DNA of 64,000 bases from Candidatus Omnitrophota bacterium (GTDB lineage: Bacteria; Omnitrophota; Gorgyraeia; Duberdicusellales; 4484-171), in assembly GCA_041652815.1 (NCBI GenBank), contig JBAZGN010000001.1, forward strand, positions 445,855 through 509,854, read 5' to 3'. Below are positions 45,752 through 56,042 of this stretch, one piece after another; the stretch's first letter is position 1; each line of letters begins with the position of its first letter. The notes beneath the pieces are model-generated. The model ran no database searches, was not told where the DNA came from, and worked only from the letters and a program-made list of their open reading frames with translations. Position numbers and translations under genes: made by a program.

Positions 45752-48700
45752 ATGTTAACAAATAGAATGAAAAATATTATATATATTGCCTTGCTGGTTG
45801 TCATAGCTTTTTATCTTATTTATCCGTTGCTGGCAGGAAATTATATGTATGTTACCGGAGAATATGATATTTATAAATCTTTTATGGTTAATTTTATAGA
45901 TTCCTTAAAAAAAGGAGTATTGCCCACTTGGAATGAATACGTAGGATGCGGTTCTCCCGCAATGCTCTTTGGGCATTATCCGATCAGCCAAAATACGATA
46001 TTCTACATGCTTTTTGGATATAATGAGTTTAATTCTTATTTTGTGCGATTTTTAAATTTGTTAATTTTGCTTTCTACTTTTATATATGCCTGTAAATTTT
46101 TAAAGTTTAGCTATTGGCTTGCCTTGCTCGGCGCACTTGTTTATTTCAGCGTTAATTTCGTTACGCGATTTATTATTACTGACACAATAGGCAATGTGCA
46201 CCTGGTTTACCCGCTTCTGGCGATTTTAATTATAAAGATTATCCAAGATTATAACAAAAAAGATATATTGATTTTCAGCCTTTTTTATATTCTTTGGTTA
46301 AGCGGAGCCCATATCACTTATTTTTTTATGCCCTTGACAATGCTTTTCTTCTTCTATTGGGTTGCCATATTCGTTCTCCATAAACCTAAAATATTTAAAT
46401 TACAGGAGTTAAGAAAGTATATAGGACTGTGTTTTATGTTATTTATTGTTCCTTTATCGGCAGTACTATATCAGTATTATTATATTTATGATGTGTTAGT
46501 TATTTCAAATAGAATTAAGCAGGGATTAATCGTCAGTCCCTTTCAGCCCGTAGCCTGGGAGCAGCTGGCGGTTTCGTTTAGGTCTTCTTCGTATATTTGG
46601 GTAGGAGTATCTTTATTCATAATTTATATAGTTTTTAAAGTAATAATTTCAAAATATAAATCTTTCCAGAACAAGAAGTTAAATATTTTTTTTATATGGT
46701 TAGTAGCATTAACAGGCATTCTTTTGCTATTTTTTCCAGAAAAGAGTTTAAGCCTGCTCCGCCCACTAGGCCTAGATTATACGATAACAGCTTCTAACGG
46801 CAGCAATAGCAACTATAGATTGGTGAAACTGTTAAAAGAAAATCTTATCCCCGGCGGCGGTTTTTCAGGAAACGCAAACGGATGGAAAACTAATCTCGCA
46901 GCCTTATCGATTATCCCTGATGGGCAATCCGGAAGCTGCCTTAAGATCACGACGACGGATGATGCAATAGGTTACGCTTATTATGCCTTTGCCACTAAAC
47001 CTAAACAGATGTATAAAATTTCAGTTTTTTACAAAAAAGGCACGGCAGCAAACGGTCAAATTAAGGTAGGAACTTCGATTGACGACACATCTTTATATTA
47101 TTCCGATGTTATTTCTAACGCTGAGTGGAGACGATATGATGGTTCCTTCCAGGCCACAGGTCCCGTTACCTATCTTACCTTGGTCGATCTCACTTCTTTA
47201 AAAGGTGAAACTTCTTATTTTGATACGGTTGCTCTTTATGAGCTAAAGCCATCTGTTCTTTCCGACGGCATCCCTCTTTTAAAATCCACTGTTTTTAAAA
47301 TTTCATTGTTTTTATTCTTTTTGATAAACACGATTATTCTTTATAAGAAAAGGAAAAGTTTTGCTATTTCGCTTCCGGAAATCTTCAGCCTGCTCGTTAT
47401 TTTTATTATATATATTTCTATGTTGTCGTACTATTTCTTTTCTCCAGAGAACATAATCGGTGATGTAAATGGGTATGATTTTGATTTATTTAGAGAGATG
47501 AGCTTTGCTTTTCAGATTATTTTTACCTTTTGCGTGTTATATTCTATAAAAGCATATAGAAATAATAAAATAATGAAAATTATGTTAGCGTTATTGATTA
47601 TTCTGTATTTAATGCGTTCACATTTTACAATATTGCTATTACGCTTTACGGGTTTTGTTTGGTATGCTACAAGGGATGGAGTAATTTTCAGCCTCATTTT
47701 CTCTGTTTTATTTATGTTTGGTCTAAAACAATTATTCAAAGATTTCTTGCAGTTTTTTAAATATAACAATAAAGAGAATGCTGTCTTTATCAAAAATTGT
47801 TTCCTCGCCTCTCTTATTATCCTTTTTGTGTGGGATTGCGGACATAAATTCTACAAAGGTACATCGCACCGCTATGTTTTTGGCGCGAAAGATAAAATTT
47901 GCAGTACTGCAAGAGAAAGGGGGTATCTGGCTGGCAAGCGTGAGATTGTCTTATTAAATAATGAACTGCTAGAATTGGATAAATTGACAAAGCATTTTTA
48001 TCGAACATTTACCCCTGAGAATAATTTTCTTTATTTAGCCGGCGAGTTGCAGCAATATAAAATTTACGAAGCTGCTATTTATGAGTCTAGTATTTCAAAA
48101 GAAATGTATGATTTTTTCAACTACACTATCTTGGGGAAAAACCGATCAAATGCTGCGGAGCTTAAAGATGTATTACCGTATTTTTTATTCACAAAACATG
48201 TTCATGCTGGTTTAGGGCTTACTCATAAAGAAATTATGTATAGCGATTTCTTTATGTTTAATCCAAAAACCGACGCCGAATATCTAAAAAATCAAAATAT
48301 TGAGTTCTTGTGGGATATTGCCCAGGTAAAATATTTGATTATCGGTCCAGAATTTTCAGATGCTTTGGATAATTTTAATGATAAGGAAAATTATAAATTA
48401 CTTGGTAGATATAGAGAGTTAAGGTTAAATTTGTACGAAATTATTAAAAATAAAAATTATTCAAAATTAGCTGTTTATCCGTTAGCCGATAAAGAAAATC
48501 AAAACGAAATAATTGAAAATATGAATTCAACGGATATCAAGATATTAAAAAGCATATATTCAAAGTTAATATTCTTGGATCAATACAATGCAGACTTTGA
48601 GTTATCAAAAAATTTATCCGGTGATAATACGAGATATTACAAAATTGATTCAAAAAAACGGGGTATTCTAATTGACTTTGAAAGTTATAATCGCAATTGG

Positions 48701-48904
48701 CGGCTGAACGTTAACAACAAAAATCAAAAACTTAATAAAGCGTTTCAAATTTTTAAAGCAGTAAGTATAAACCCGGGCATTAATGAAATTAAATTAGAAT
48801 ATAAAGTCAAATATTTCAAAGAGCTATTTTTATTATCCATTATTGTAATTTTTATATATGTCAGCTTATTAATCCGGATCAAATATGTGGAAAATAATCA
48901 ATAA
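45752..48904 (+). CDS. YfhO-like polytopic membrane protein with internal CBM4/9-like carbohydrate-binding domain
   Basis: 1050 aa. N-terminal LPTWNEYVGCGSPAML resembles the upstream YfhO-like protein. Residues about 365-500 (GGFSGNANGW...DAIGYAY...GQIKVGTS) form a CBM-like domain. More TM helices follow. Confidence 0.45.
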   Translation: MLTNRMKNIIYIALLVVIAFYLIYPLLAGNYMYVTGEYDIYKSFMVNFIDSLKKGVLPTWNEYVGCGSPAMLFGHYPISQNTIFYMLFGYNEFNSYFVRFLNLLILLSTFIYACKFLKFSYWLALLGALVYFSVNFVTRFIITDTIGNVHLVYPLLAILIIKIIQDYNKKDILIFSLFYILWLSGAHITYFFMPLTMLFFFYWVAIFVLHKPKIFKLQELRKYIGLCFMLFIVPLSAVLYQYYYIYDVLVISNRIKQGLIVSPFQPVAWEQLAVSFRSSSYIWVGVSLFIIYIVFKVIISKYKSFQNKKLNIFFIWLVALTGILLLFFPEKSLSLLRPLGLDYTITASNGSNSNYRLVKLLKENLIPGGGFSGNANGWKTNLAALSIIPDGQSGSCLKITTTDDAIGYAYYAFATKPKQMYKISVFYKKGTAANGQIKVGTSIDDTSLYYSDVISNAEWRRYDGSFQATGPVTYLTLVDLTSLKGETSYFDTVALYELKPSVLSDGIPLLKSTVFKISLFLFFLINTIILYKKRKSFAISLPEIFSLLVIFIIYISMLSYYFFSPENIIGDVNGYDFDLFREMSFAFQIIFTFCVLYSIKAYRNNKIMKIMLALLIILYLMRSHFTILLLRFTGFVWYATRDGVIFSLIFSVLFMFGLKQLFKDFLQFFKYNNKENAVFIKNCFLASLIILFVWDCGHKFYKGTSHRYVFGAKDKICSTARERGYLAGKREIVLLNNELLELDKLTKHFYRTFTPENNFLYLAGELQQYKIYEAAIYESSISKEMYDFFNYTILGKNRSNAAELKDVLPYFLFTKHVHAGLGLTHKEIMYSDFFMFNPKTDAEYLKNQNIEFLWDIAQVKYLIIGPEFSDALDNFNDKENYKLLGRYRELRLNLYEIIKNKNYSKLAVYPLADKENQNEIIENMNSTDIKILKSIYSKLIFLDQYNADFELSKNLSGDNTRYYKIDSKKRGILIDFESYNRNWRLNVNNKNQKLNKAFQIFKAVSINPGINEIKLEYKVKYFKELFLLSIIVIFIYVSLLIRIKYVENNQ

Positions 48905-48921
48905 GCTCATTTGCTAATATT

Positions 48922-51021
48922 ATGGACAACGCGATTAAAAATTTTGTAACTAAATATAACAGGTTTGTTTATTTTATTACAGCACTGTTGTTTGTTGTGG
49001 TTATATTTATTTTGATTAACTCTTTTTTTATCGATAAAAGAGTAGTTAATCAGACATGCTTGTGGGATATGGCCGGTAGGCCATACAAAACATTTTTGTA
49101 CGAACTAAACTTACCTCATCAAGTAGGTGCTATCTTTGTTGGAGGAACGCCAAAAAAATTATTCCCAACAGAAAGATGTTATGGTGCACATAACATAGGT
49201 GACATTTTTACAAGTCAATTACGCTCTCTTTTATTTGGCACCAAAATAACAGAATTTTCAATAGCTTCTTACATTAATTTTATATTCGTTATCTCTGCTA
49301 TACTTTTTTCTCTTCTGGCCGGTTATTTGATATTTAAGAATGGTTATGTTTCAATACCCCTATTTTTGTTAATCGCTTTTTTCAGGTATTTTGACCAGGG
49401 ATTGATCTATGGGCTTCCCTTGAGGCACGCCTATGCGGTTTTTAATCCCCCGCTAATATTCTGTATTTTCATGACAATTATTTTATCTTTTAGAAATCTA
49501 AAGAAAAAGCATTGTCTAATTTTCATTTTAGCTGGATTTATAGTTGGTTATATACAACACTGTAGAACCTCTGAAGGCTACATTGCTATTGTTTCATTGT
49601 TATCCGTTGCCCTTATGATCATTGGGGGGTATTTGATATTTCAACGGCATAATCTTAAGAAAATATTTATTAATTTATTAATTATTTTCATAGCTATGTA
49701 TGTCGGCTATTTAGGATACCAAAAAATGATTAGCGCATTTAAATATGATAGAGCCAAAAAATTTAATTTTGCTGTGGCTAAAGAAAAATTAATGTCTAAT
49801 CAGGCTTCTTTTCATAGCCTTTACATCAGTTTATTCCGTTATGAAAAGCCAAATAAATTTGGTGATAAAATAGGTTATGAAGCTGTTTACAATAAATATC
49901 CAGAGATGAAAAATAGATTTGCTGCTGACATTAATTATGTTGAGTTAGCGAAGTCAAGAGAATATTATGCAAATATAAGAGAAATTTATTTTGATTATTT
50001 TCTGCATAATCCTAAACATTTTTTAGCTTACGTTGCTAAAAGTATTTATGATTATATCTTATTTTTGCCGTACTACAGTTGGACAGGAAATAAATCAGCT
50101 CATGCTTATCTTCCTAAAATTAATGAAGATGTAGAAATCGAACCACAGGATTTAGCGCCGGACTTTAAAGATAGCGCTTTTAATTGGATAATTAATCTAA
50201 AATTGAAATATTTGCCAAAAAACCCATTATTTTTGATTTATTTTGTATGTGCCTATGCTTTGCTTATTGAAGCTATATATGCGTCTTTTGTTAAATTTAA
50301 AGAAATTTGTAAGCCCCGCCACAAAAGTTTTGAAAATAATTTACCAATTTATTTACTCGGCTGTATGCTAATATATTTCCTTTTTACCTCCATTGTAAGA
50401 ATACTTATTCCCACTCATGGGCAATCTGCCGTGGTAACATTCAATATGATTATTATTTATAATTTAGTTAGAATAGTTGTTTCAAAAAATCCATTGAGGA
50501 TAAAAAAGATAATCGTGCCTGCCTGGGTTATATTGTCTATAGTAGCAATTTTATTCTTTCTTAGCATAAAAGGCATTGCTTTATTGAGTAAACCTCTTTC
50601 TCTTGTGAAGAACGGCACCTTTGAACTAAATACCGAAGGATGGACAGCATATCAAGCTAATTTAGCTAATGCTAATAATGGCGAAGAGGAGGGGTGCCTG
50701 CGAGTTACAACATCACAGGATGCAATTGGCTACGCTTATATTGGAATTCCTACTAAGGTAGGGGAAATGTATAAGATTAGTGCTTACTTTAGAAGAGGAA
50801 GTTCTCATGACGGTCAAATCAAAGTGGGAACATCAGTTGACGATACTACTTTATATTATTCCGGTGTCCTTTTCGATAATCAATGGACACATTATAGTGG
50901 GGTATTCAAAGCCGCCACCCCCATTACCTATATTACATTAGTTAATCTTTCTGATAGTAAAGAAAAAACTTGTTTTTTCGATAGTATTGTCGTTACGAAA
51001 TCTGAATATTATTCCGAATAA
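48922..51021 (+). CDS. Polytopic membrane protein with C-terminal CBM4/9-like domain
   Basis: 699 aa. Membrane part is paralogous to 40862..42421. The C-terminal 135 aa (NGTFELNTEGW...DAIGYAY...GQIKVGTS) are paralogous to the domain in 45752..48904. Confidence 0.45.
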   Translation: MDNAIKNFVTKYNRFVYFITALLFVVVIFILINSFFIDKRVVNQTCLWDMAGRPYKTFLYELNLPHQVGAIFVGGTPKKLFPTERCYGAHNIGDIFTSQLRSLLFGTKITEFSIASYINFIFVISAILFSLLAGYLIFKNGYVSIPLFLLIAFFRYFDQGLIYGLPLRHAYAVFNPPLIFCIFMTIILSFRNLKKKHCLIFILAGFIVGYIQHCRTSEGYIAIVSLLSVALMIIGGYLIFQRHNLKKIFINLLIIFIAMYVGYLGYQKMISAFKYDRAKKFNFAVAKEKLMSNQASFHSLYISLFRYEKPNKFGDKIGYEAVYNKYPEMKNRFAADINYVELAKSREYYANIREIYFDYFLHNPKHFLAYVAKSIYDYILFLPYYSWTGNKSAHAYLPKINEDVEIEPQDLAPDFKDSAFNWIINLKLKYLPKNPLFLIYFVCAYALLIEAIYASFVKFKEICKPRHKSFENNLPIYLLGCMLIYFLFTSIVRILIPTHGQSAVVTFNMIIIYNLVRIVVSKNPLRIKKIIVPAWVILSIVAILFFLSIKGIALLSKPLSLVKNGTFELNTEGWTAYQANLANANNGEEEGCLRVTTSQDAIGYAYIGIPTKVGEMYKISAYFRRGSSHDGQIKVGTSVDDTTLYYSGVLFDNQWTHYSGVFKAATPITYITLVNLSDSKEKTCFFDSIVVTKSEYYSE

Positions 51022-51034
51022 TAAATTTAACACA

Positions 51035-52171
51035 ATGATACCCTTTAGTAAACCTGTAATATTTAAAAGTGCTGAAAAGTATATAAAAGATGTTCTTCAT
51101 AGTGGAAAGTTATCTGGCGATCATGATTTTACAAAGAGATGTAATGCTTGGCTTGAGAACAGAGCTAAGACGAAAAAAGTTTTTTTAACTACCTCATGTA
51201 CCCATGCCCTTGAAATGGCCGCACTTTTGATAAATATAAAAGAAGGTGACGAGGTTATAATGCCTTCTTACTCTTTCTCTTCCACCCCAAATGCGTTTGT
51301 TTTAAGGGGGGCAACAATAGTATTCGTTGATATCAGGCCAGACACGATGAATATAGATGAGACTTTAATAGAACCTGCTATAACCAACAAGACAAAAGCT
51401 ATCGTGCCTGTTCACTATGCGGGAGTGGGTTGTGCAATGGACGCTATTATAGAAATTGCTAAGAAGTATAATCTTTTCGTAATAGAAGATGCTGCTCAAG
51501 GATTAATGTCTACTTACAAGGGTAGAACTTTAGGAGCTATAGGCAATATTGGTGCTTATAGTTTTCATGAAACTAAGAATTATAGCAGCGGTGAAGGAGG
51601 GGCGATACTTATAAATGATGATAAGTTTATTAAAAGGGCTGAAATTATTAGAGAAAAAGGGACAAATCGTTCACAATTTTTTAGAGGAGAGATAGATAAA
51701 TATAGCTGGCAAGATGTCGGCTCATCTTATTTGCCCAGCGAATTAAATGCTGCTTTGCTTTTTTCGCAATTGGAAATGGCCGATAAAATAAATAAGAACA
51801 GGTTAAAAAGTTGGAACTATTATTATACAACTTTAAAGCCTTTAGAGAAGAAGGGGCACTTAGAGCTTCCCAAAATACCGGCAGAATGTAAACATAATGC
51901 GCATATATTTTATATAAAAGTAAATAATATAACCGAAAGGTCAAAATTAATTAAATATTTAAAGGATAAAAATATTAATGCTTTATTCCATTACGTGCCA
52001 TTGCATGGCAGCAAGGCGGGGAAAAATTATGGAAGGTTTTCTGGTCAAGACAAGTTTACAACTATAGAGAGTGAGAGGCTTTTACGTTTGCCGTTATATT
52101 ATAATATGTCACTGTCGGAGGCAGAGCTGGTTTGCGAAATAATTAAAAAGTATTTTGTAAAGGGTGGCTGA
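51035..52171 (+). CDS. DegT/WecE/ArnB-type sugar aminotransferase (dTDP-4-amino-4,6-dideoxy-sugar transaminase-like)
   Basis: MIPFSKP start and YSFHETKNYSSGEGGAI motif, as in WecE/RffA. Start set at ATG 51035; the track start overlaps the upstream gene. Confidence 0.8.
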   Translation: MIPFSKPVIFKSAEKYIKDVLHSGKLSGDHDFTKRCNAWLENRAKTKKVFLTTSCTHALEMAALLINIKEGDEVIMPSYSFSSTPNAFVLRGATIVFVDIRPDTMNIDETLIEPAITNKTKAIVPVHYAGVGCAMDAIIEIAKKYNLFVIEDAAQGLMSTYKGRTLGAIGNIGAYSFHETKNYSSGEGGAILINDDKFIKRAEIIREKGTNRSQFFRGEIDKYSWQDVGSSYLPSELNAALLFSQLEMADKINKNRLKSWNYYYTTLKPLEKKGHLELPKIPAECKHNAHIFYIKVNNITERSKLIKYLKDKNINALFHYVPLHGSKAGKNYGRFSGQDKFTTIESERLLRLPLYYNMSLSEAELVCEIIKKYFVKGG

Positions 52172-53139
52172 TGGGTAATTTAAAACAATATGGCTTTTAT
52201 GATTATTTAAGGTCGGAGTTTCCGTCGCAGATTATCGTAGAGAATACCGAACTTTGTAATTATTCCTGTATTCATTGCCCGCATCATATTTTTGAAAAAT
52301 CCAGTAAATATAGAGGCAGAAACTTGGATTTAAGTTTACACAAGAAACTCATAGATGAAATAGCCAGTGCCGGTAAAGGATATTGTCAATATATAAGGTA
52401 TGCTGCTCTCGGGGAAACATTATTGCAATCTAATTTTATTGAGATGATTGAATATGCCGGAAAATATAGCGGGGCCCTATTAAATATTACTACTAATGGA
52501 TTGTTACTTACAGAGAAAAAAGCATATAGTTTGCTTAACGCAGGTGTTAATACGTTCGATGTTAGTATAGACGCGTATTCAGAAAAGGTGTATCGAAAAA
52601 TAAGAAAAAATGGTGACTTAATTAAGGTACGAAACAATTGTTTGAAACTTATCAAAATAATTAAAAGGGGAAAGTATAAAGCTAAAATGATTGTTAGTTT
52701 TGTTGAGCAACCCTTTAATCATAAAGAAAAGAATAAGTTTGTTAAATTCTGGAAAAACGCTGGAGCTAATTTTGTAGTAATAAGGCCCATGCATTCTGCA
52801 AGCGGAAGCATAAAAGAAATCGCTCAGAAAATACGAAAAAATGCTCAAAAGCGGACTCCTTGTATATATCCTTGGGAAAGACTTGTTTTAAACCCCCGAG
52901 GCCTGGTCAGCTATTGTCCAGCAGAATGGGGATATCAAGGGTGTTTTGCAGATTTACGCAAGACAACGATAAAGAAAATTTGGCAAGGTAGCTTTATGGA
53001 AAGATTAAGAAAGGCTCATTTAGAGAATAATTTCTCAAAGTTTCCATTTTGTCGACAATGCCCGGATTGGCGATTAGTGATTTGGCCGGGTAGAGGCAGA
53101 AATTATTCTGAAATGATGGAGAAGATAGTGAAAAAATAA
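52171..53139 (+). CDS. Radical SAM protein with SPASM domain
   Basis: CNYSCIHCPHH radical SAM cluster. C-terminal CIYPW...CP...FPFCRQCPDW is SPASM-type. Confidence 0.75.
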   Translation: MGNLKQYGFYDYLRSEFPSQIIVENTELCNYSCIHCPHHIFEKSSKYRGRNLDLSLHKKLIDEIASAGKGYCQYIRYAALGETLLQSNFIEMIEYAGKYSGALLNITTNGLLLTEKKAYSLLNAGVNTFDVSIDAYSEKVYRKIRKNGDLIKVRNNCLKLIKIIKRGKYKAKMIVSFVEQPFNHKEKNKFVKFWKNAGANFVVIRPMHSASGSIKEIAQKIRKNAQKRTPCIYPWERLVLNPRGLVSYCPAEWGYQGCFADLRKTTIKKIWQGSFMERLRKAHLENNFSKFPFCRQCPDWRLVIWPGRGRNYSEMMEKIVKK

Positions 53140-53420
53140 GACTGATTAATTCTGTATTTTAGCGTGCTATGAGGCTATATATTGGAACTATTTCTAAAAT
53201 AGGTTAATTATATGACTGTTTGGCAACAATTGAGAACATGATCGAAGATACTGCAATTTCTTTAGTGAGAGTAAATTGTGCAAGATGCGGTGATTGCGAA
53301 TCGATTGCTGTCGTTAATACTATTGACTACGAAAGGTCGGGACCAGGGGAGTTTGAAGTTGTCAAGTGCCTAAAATATAGAGGCAATAGTAATTCAATTT
53401 GACACACATAAGGGAGTTTA

Positions 53421-54122
53421 ATGAAAGTCGGTTTAATCCAATCTAATTTTATCCCGTGGAGAGGATATTTTGATTTTATTGACGAAGCGGATTTGTTTAT
53501 TTATCATGACGATTTGCAATACACTAAAGGAGATTGGAGGAACAGAAATAAGATAAAAACTGAAAAAGGAATGGCTTGGATTACAGTGCCTGTTTCTTAC
53601 AAAACAACTAATCAGTTGATTTATGGTACTTATATAGATTATACTCAGGATTGGACAAAAAGAATTATTAATAAATTATACAATTATTATAAAGACGCCC
53701 CATATTTTAAGGTTTATGCTGACGTTTTTTTTGCCATTCTAAATAGCAAATATAAAACTATTTCGGAACTTAATATCCATGTTAATAATTGGGTGATGAG
53801 TATTTTAGGGATAAAGACAGTAATTAGAATGTCGTATGAATTAAATCCTGTAGGTAGAAAAACCGATCGAATTATAGATATTTTACAAAAAGTCGGTGCC
53901 GATACCTATTTATCAGGGCCTTCGGCAAAAAACTATTTGGAAGAAAATAAGTTTAGCGAACATGGGATAGCTTTGGAGTATAAAAATTATGAATATAAGG
54001 AATATAGCCAGCTTTTCGGCAAATTTGAGCCTAATGTGTCTATACTGGATATGATTTTTAATATAGGAGCGGATAAGAAAGAATATTGGAAAAGCATTAA
54101 ACCAAATATAAAGGAGTTATAA
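53421..54122 (+). CDS. WbqC-like family protein
   Basis: MKVGLIQSNFIPWRGYFDFI N-terminus is typical of the WbqC-like family found in O-antigen clusters. Confidence 0.6.
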   Translation: MKVGLIQSNFIPWRGYFDFIDEADLFIYHDDLQYTKGDWRNRNKIKTEKGMAWITVPVSYKTTNQLIYGTYIDYTQDWTKRIINKLYNYYKDAPYFKVYADVFFAILNSKYKTISELNIHVNNWVMSILGIKTVIRMSYELNPVGRKTDRIIDILQKVGADTYLSGPSAKNYLEENKFSEHGIALEYKNYEYKEYSQLFGKFEPNVSILDMIFNIGADKKEYWKSIKPNIKEL

Positions 54123-55072
54123 TGAGCAATAATCGTATATTTTCTATTGTTATACCGATTTATCAAAATGCGGATAATTTAAACGAGACCATTCCCGCGC
54201 TATTAGATCTTCAGAAAAAGTTGATAGGATATAAGTTAGAATTAATCTTTGTTGATGATGGCTCAACTGATGGTTCTTATGGCATTCTGCGTAAATACTT
54301 TGAAATACATAGAGATAAAATAATAATAATCAAACTAACAAAGAATTTTGGCCAAATTTCTGCTATACAGGTAGGGTTGAGGGTTGCAAAGGGTGATTGT
54401 ATTGGCATCATCTCGGCCGACATGCAAGATCCTCATGAACTTTTCATAGATATGATTAAGAGATGGGAGACAGGAGTGAAATTGGTTATTGGCGAACGCG
54501 CAGGCAGAGAAGAAGAAGCTAGAAAAAGTATTCTATCTAGATTTTGCTGGGGTATGGTAAACAGATTCGCTGTAAATAATTATCCTCTTGGTGGATATGA
54601 TTTTTGCTTGATCGATAGACAAATCGTGAATGAAGTAAATAATATAAATGAAAAGAATACACATATATTCATTCTAATATTTTCTTTAGGTTATAAGTAT
54701 GAAATTATTCCATATATTAGGAAAGAACGGACTGCAGGTAAGTCTAGATGGACTTTTCCTAAAAAAATAAAACTTTTCATAGATATATTTATTTCATTTT
54801 CTTACACACCGATTAGAGCTATAGCTTGTTTAGGTTTAATATTAGCTATTTTGAGTTTTATCTATGGCTTTTTTATGATTGTGAATACAATTATTTTCGG
54901 CAATAAATATCCCGGTTGGACGACGATAGTGGTTTTAATCACTTTTTTTGGAGGAATTATTCTTATAACATTAGGGATAATCGGTGAATATTTATGGAGA
55001 ATACTTGATGAAGTAAGGAAAAGGCCTAATTATGTGATAGAAGAAATAGTGGAGAACAAACAAGGTATATAG
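54122..55072 (+). CDS. GT2 polyprenyl-phosphate glycosyltransferase (GtrB/ArnC-like) with two C-terminal TM helices
   Basis: FSIVIPIYQN...FVDDGSTDGS GT-A motifs. C-terminal hydrophobic pair (ACLGLILAILSFIYGFF / IVVLITFFGGIILITLGII) is the GtrB hallmark. Confidence 0.7.
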   Translation: MSNNRIFSIVIPIYQNADNLNETIPALLDLQKKLIGYKLELIFVDDGSTDGSYGILRKYFEIHRDKIIIIKLTKNFGQISAIQVGLRVAKGDCIGIISADMQDPHELFIDMIKRWETGVKLVIGERAGREEEARKSILSRFCWGMVNRFAVNNYPLGGYDFCLIDRQIVNEVNNINEKNTHIFILIFSLGYKYEIIPYIRKERTAGKSRWTFPKKIKLFIDIFISFSYTPIRAIACLGLILAILSFIYGFFMIVNTIIFGNKYPGWTTIVVLITFFGGIILITLGIIGEYLWRILDEVRKRPNYVIEEIVENKQGI

Positions 55073-55073
55073 A

Positions 55074-55955
55074 ATGATAGAATGCACTAAGTGCAGGCAA
55101 GGGCATTTTATAGAAAATACTGAAAGAAATAGATATATTTGTGTTGTTTGTGGGTTTGAAATTTTAACACATAATGATTTAACAATATTTCATCCAGAAG
55201 ATTCCGTTACGCAAGATAACATAGAGCCATGCATTCTTGATGATTTAGTTTCTTTTGAAGATAAGCATTTCTGGATAAAAGCCAGACGGAATATCATAGG
55301 GGATATTTTTAAAAAATTTGTTAATTATACGGACAAAATAATAGAGATCGATGCTGGCACTGGAAATTTCGCAGCTTATTTAAGCAAAATCGGATATAAA
55401 GATATTTCAGTCGGCGAAATTCATTTACGTGGCCTTGAGTATGCGAAGCGTTATGGAATAAAAAAATTATATCAATTTGACCTTACAAAAACTCCGTTTT
55501 CAGAATATTTCGATATTGTGGGAATGTTTGACGTTCTTGAACATATTGATGATGATGATTTGGCCGTAAAAAGTATTTATAAGATGCTTAAGCATGGCGG
55601 TAAGGTTATCATAACTGTTCCGGCTCACAAATGGCTTTGGTCAAAACAGGATGCAATAGCTTATCATAGAAGAAGGTATTGCATTGAGCAGCTAAAAAAA
55701 ATGTTTCAGGAAAATAATTTTAAGATAATCAAAATAAATACATTTTTTGTATCAATGTTACCCTTTTTATTTATTAGAAAATTGATTAATAAAGATACTG
55801 GTGTTATAAAGGAAAATGATTTCAAAAATAGATTTAAAGTGAACCCAATACTTAATTATATTTTGTCTAAAATATTAGAAATCGAAAATATATTCTTATC
55901 AAATGTGCCTTTAAAATGTGGAACCAGTATAATATTGATAGCTGAGCGACTGTAA
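55074..55955 (+). CDS. Class I SAM-dependent methyltransferase with N-terminal zinc ribbon
   Basis: CTKCRQGHF...CVVCGFE zinc ribbon, then IIEIDAGTGNFAAYL (motif I) and MFDVLEHIDDDD. Confidence 0.7.
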   Translation: MIECTKCRQGHFIENTERNRYICVVCGFEILTHNDLTIFHPEDSVTQDNIEPCILDDLVSFEDKHFWIKARRNIIGDIFKKFVNYTDKIIEIDAGTGNFAAYLSKIGYKDISVGEIHLRGLEYAKRYGIKKLYQFDLTKTPFSEYFDIVGMFDVLEHIDDDDLAVKSIYKMLKHGGKVIITVPAHKWLWSKQDAIAYHRRRYCIEQLKKMFQENNFKIIKINTFFVSMLPFLFIRKLINKDTGVIKENDFKNRFKVNPILNYILSKILEIENIFLSNVPLKCGTSIILIAERL

Positions 55956-56042
55956 AAATATAGGATACTATATTGACTTATCTGATTAAAAGTTTATAAC
56001 CGGAAGAATAATATCAATTATAAGGAAGGATAATGTTTTAAG

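Noticed and set aside
40862-51021. Wzy/O-antigen ligase or Wzx flippase assignment for the large membrane proteins
   Set aside because: No Wzy_C or MATE-like patterns were recognised by eye. Two show YfhO-like N-terminal motifs and large soluble domains, so only a generic GT-C-like call is made.
53220-53402. 60-aa ORF as given in the track (TTG-initiated MATIENMIEDT...)
   Set aside because: The upstream extension has no RBS. Only the shorter ATG-initiated 54-aa version is retained, as a speculative finding and not as a feature.
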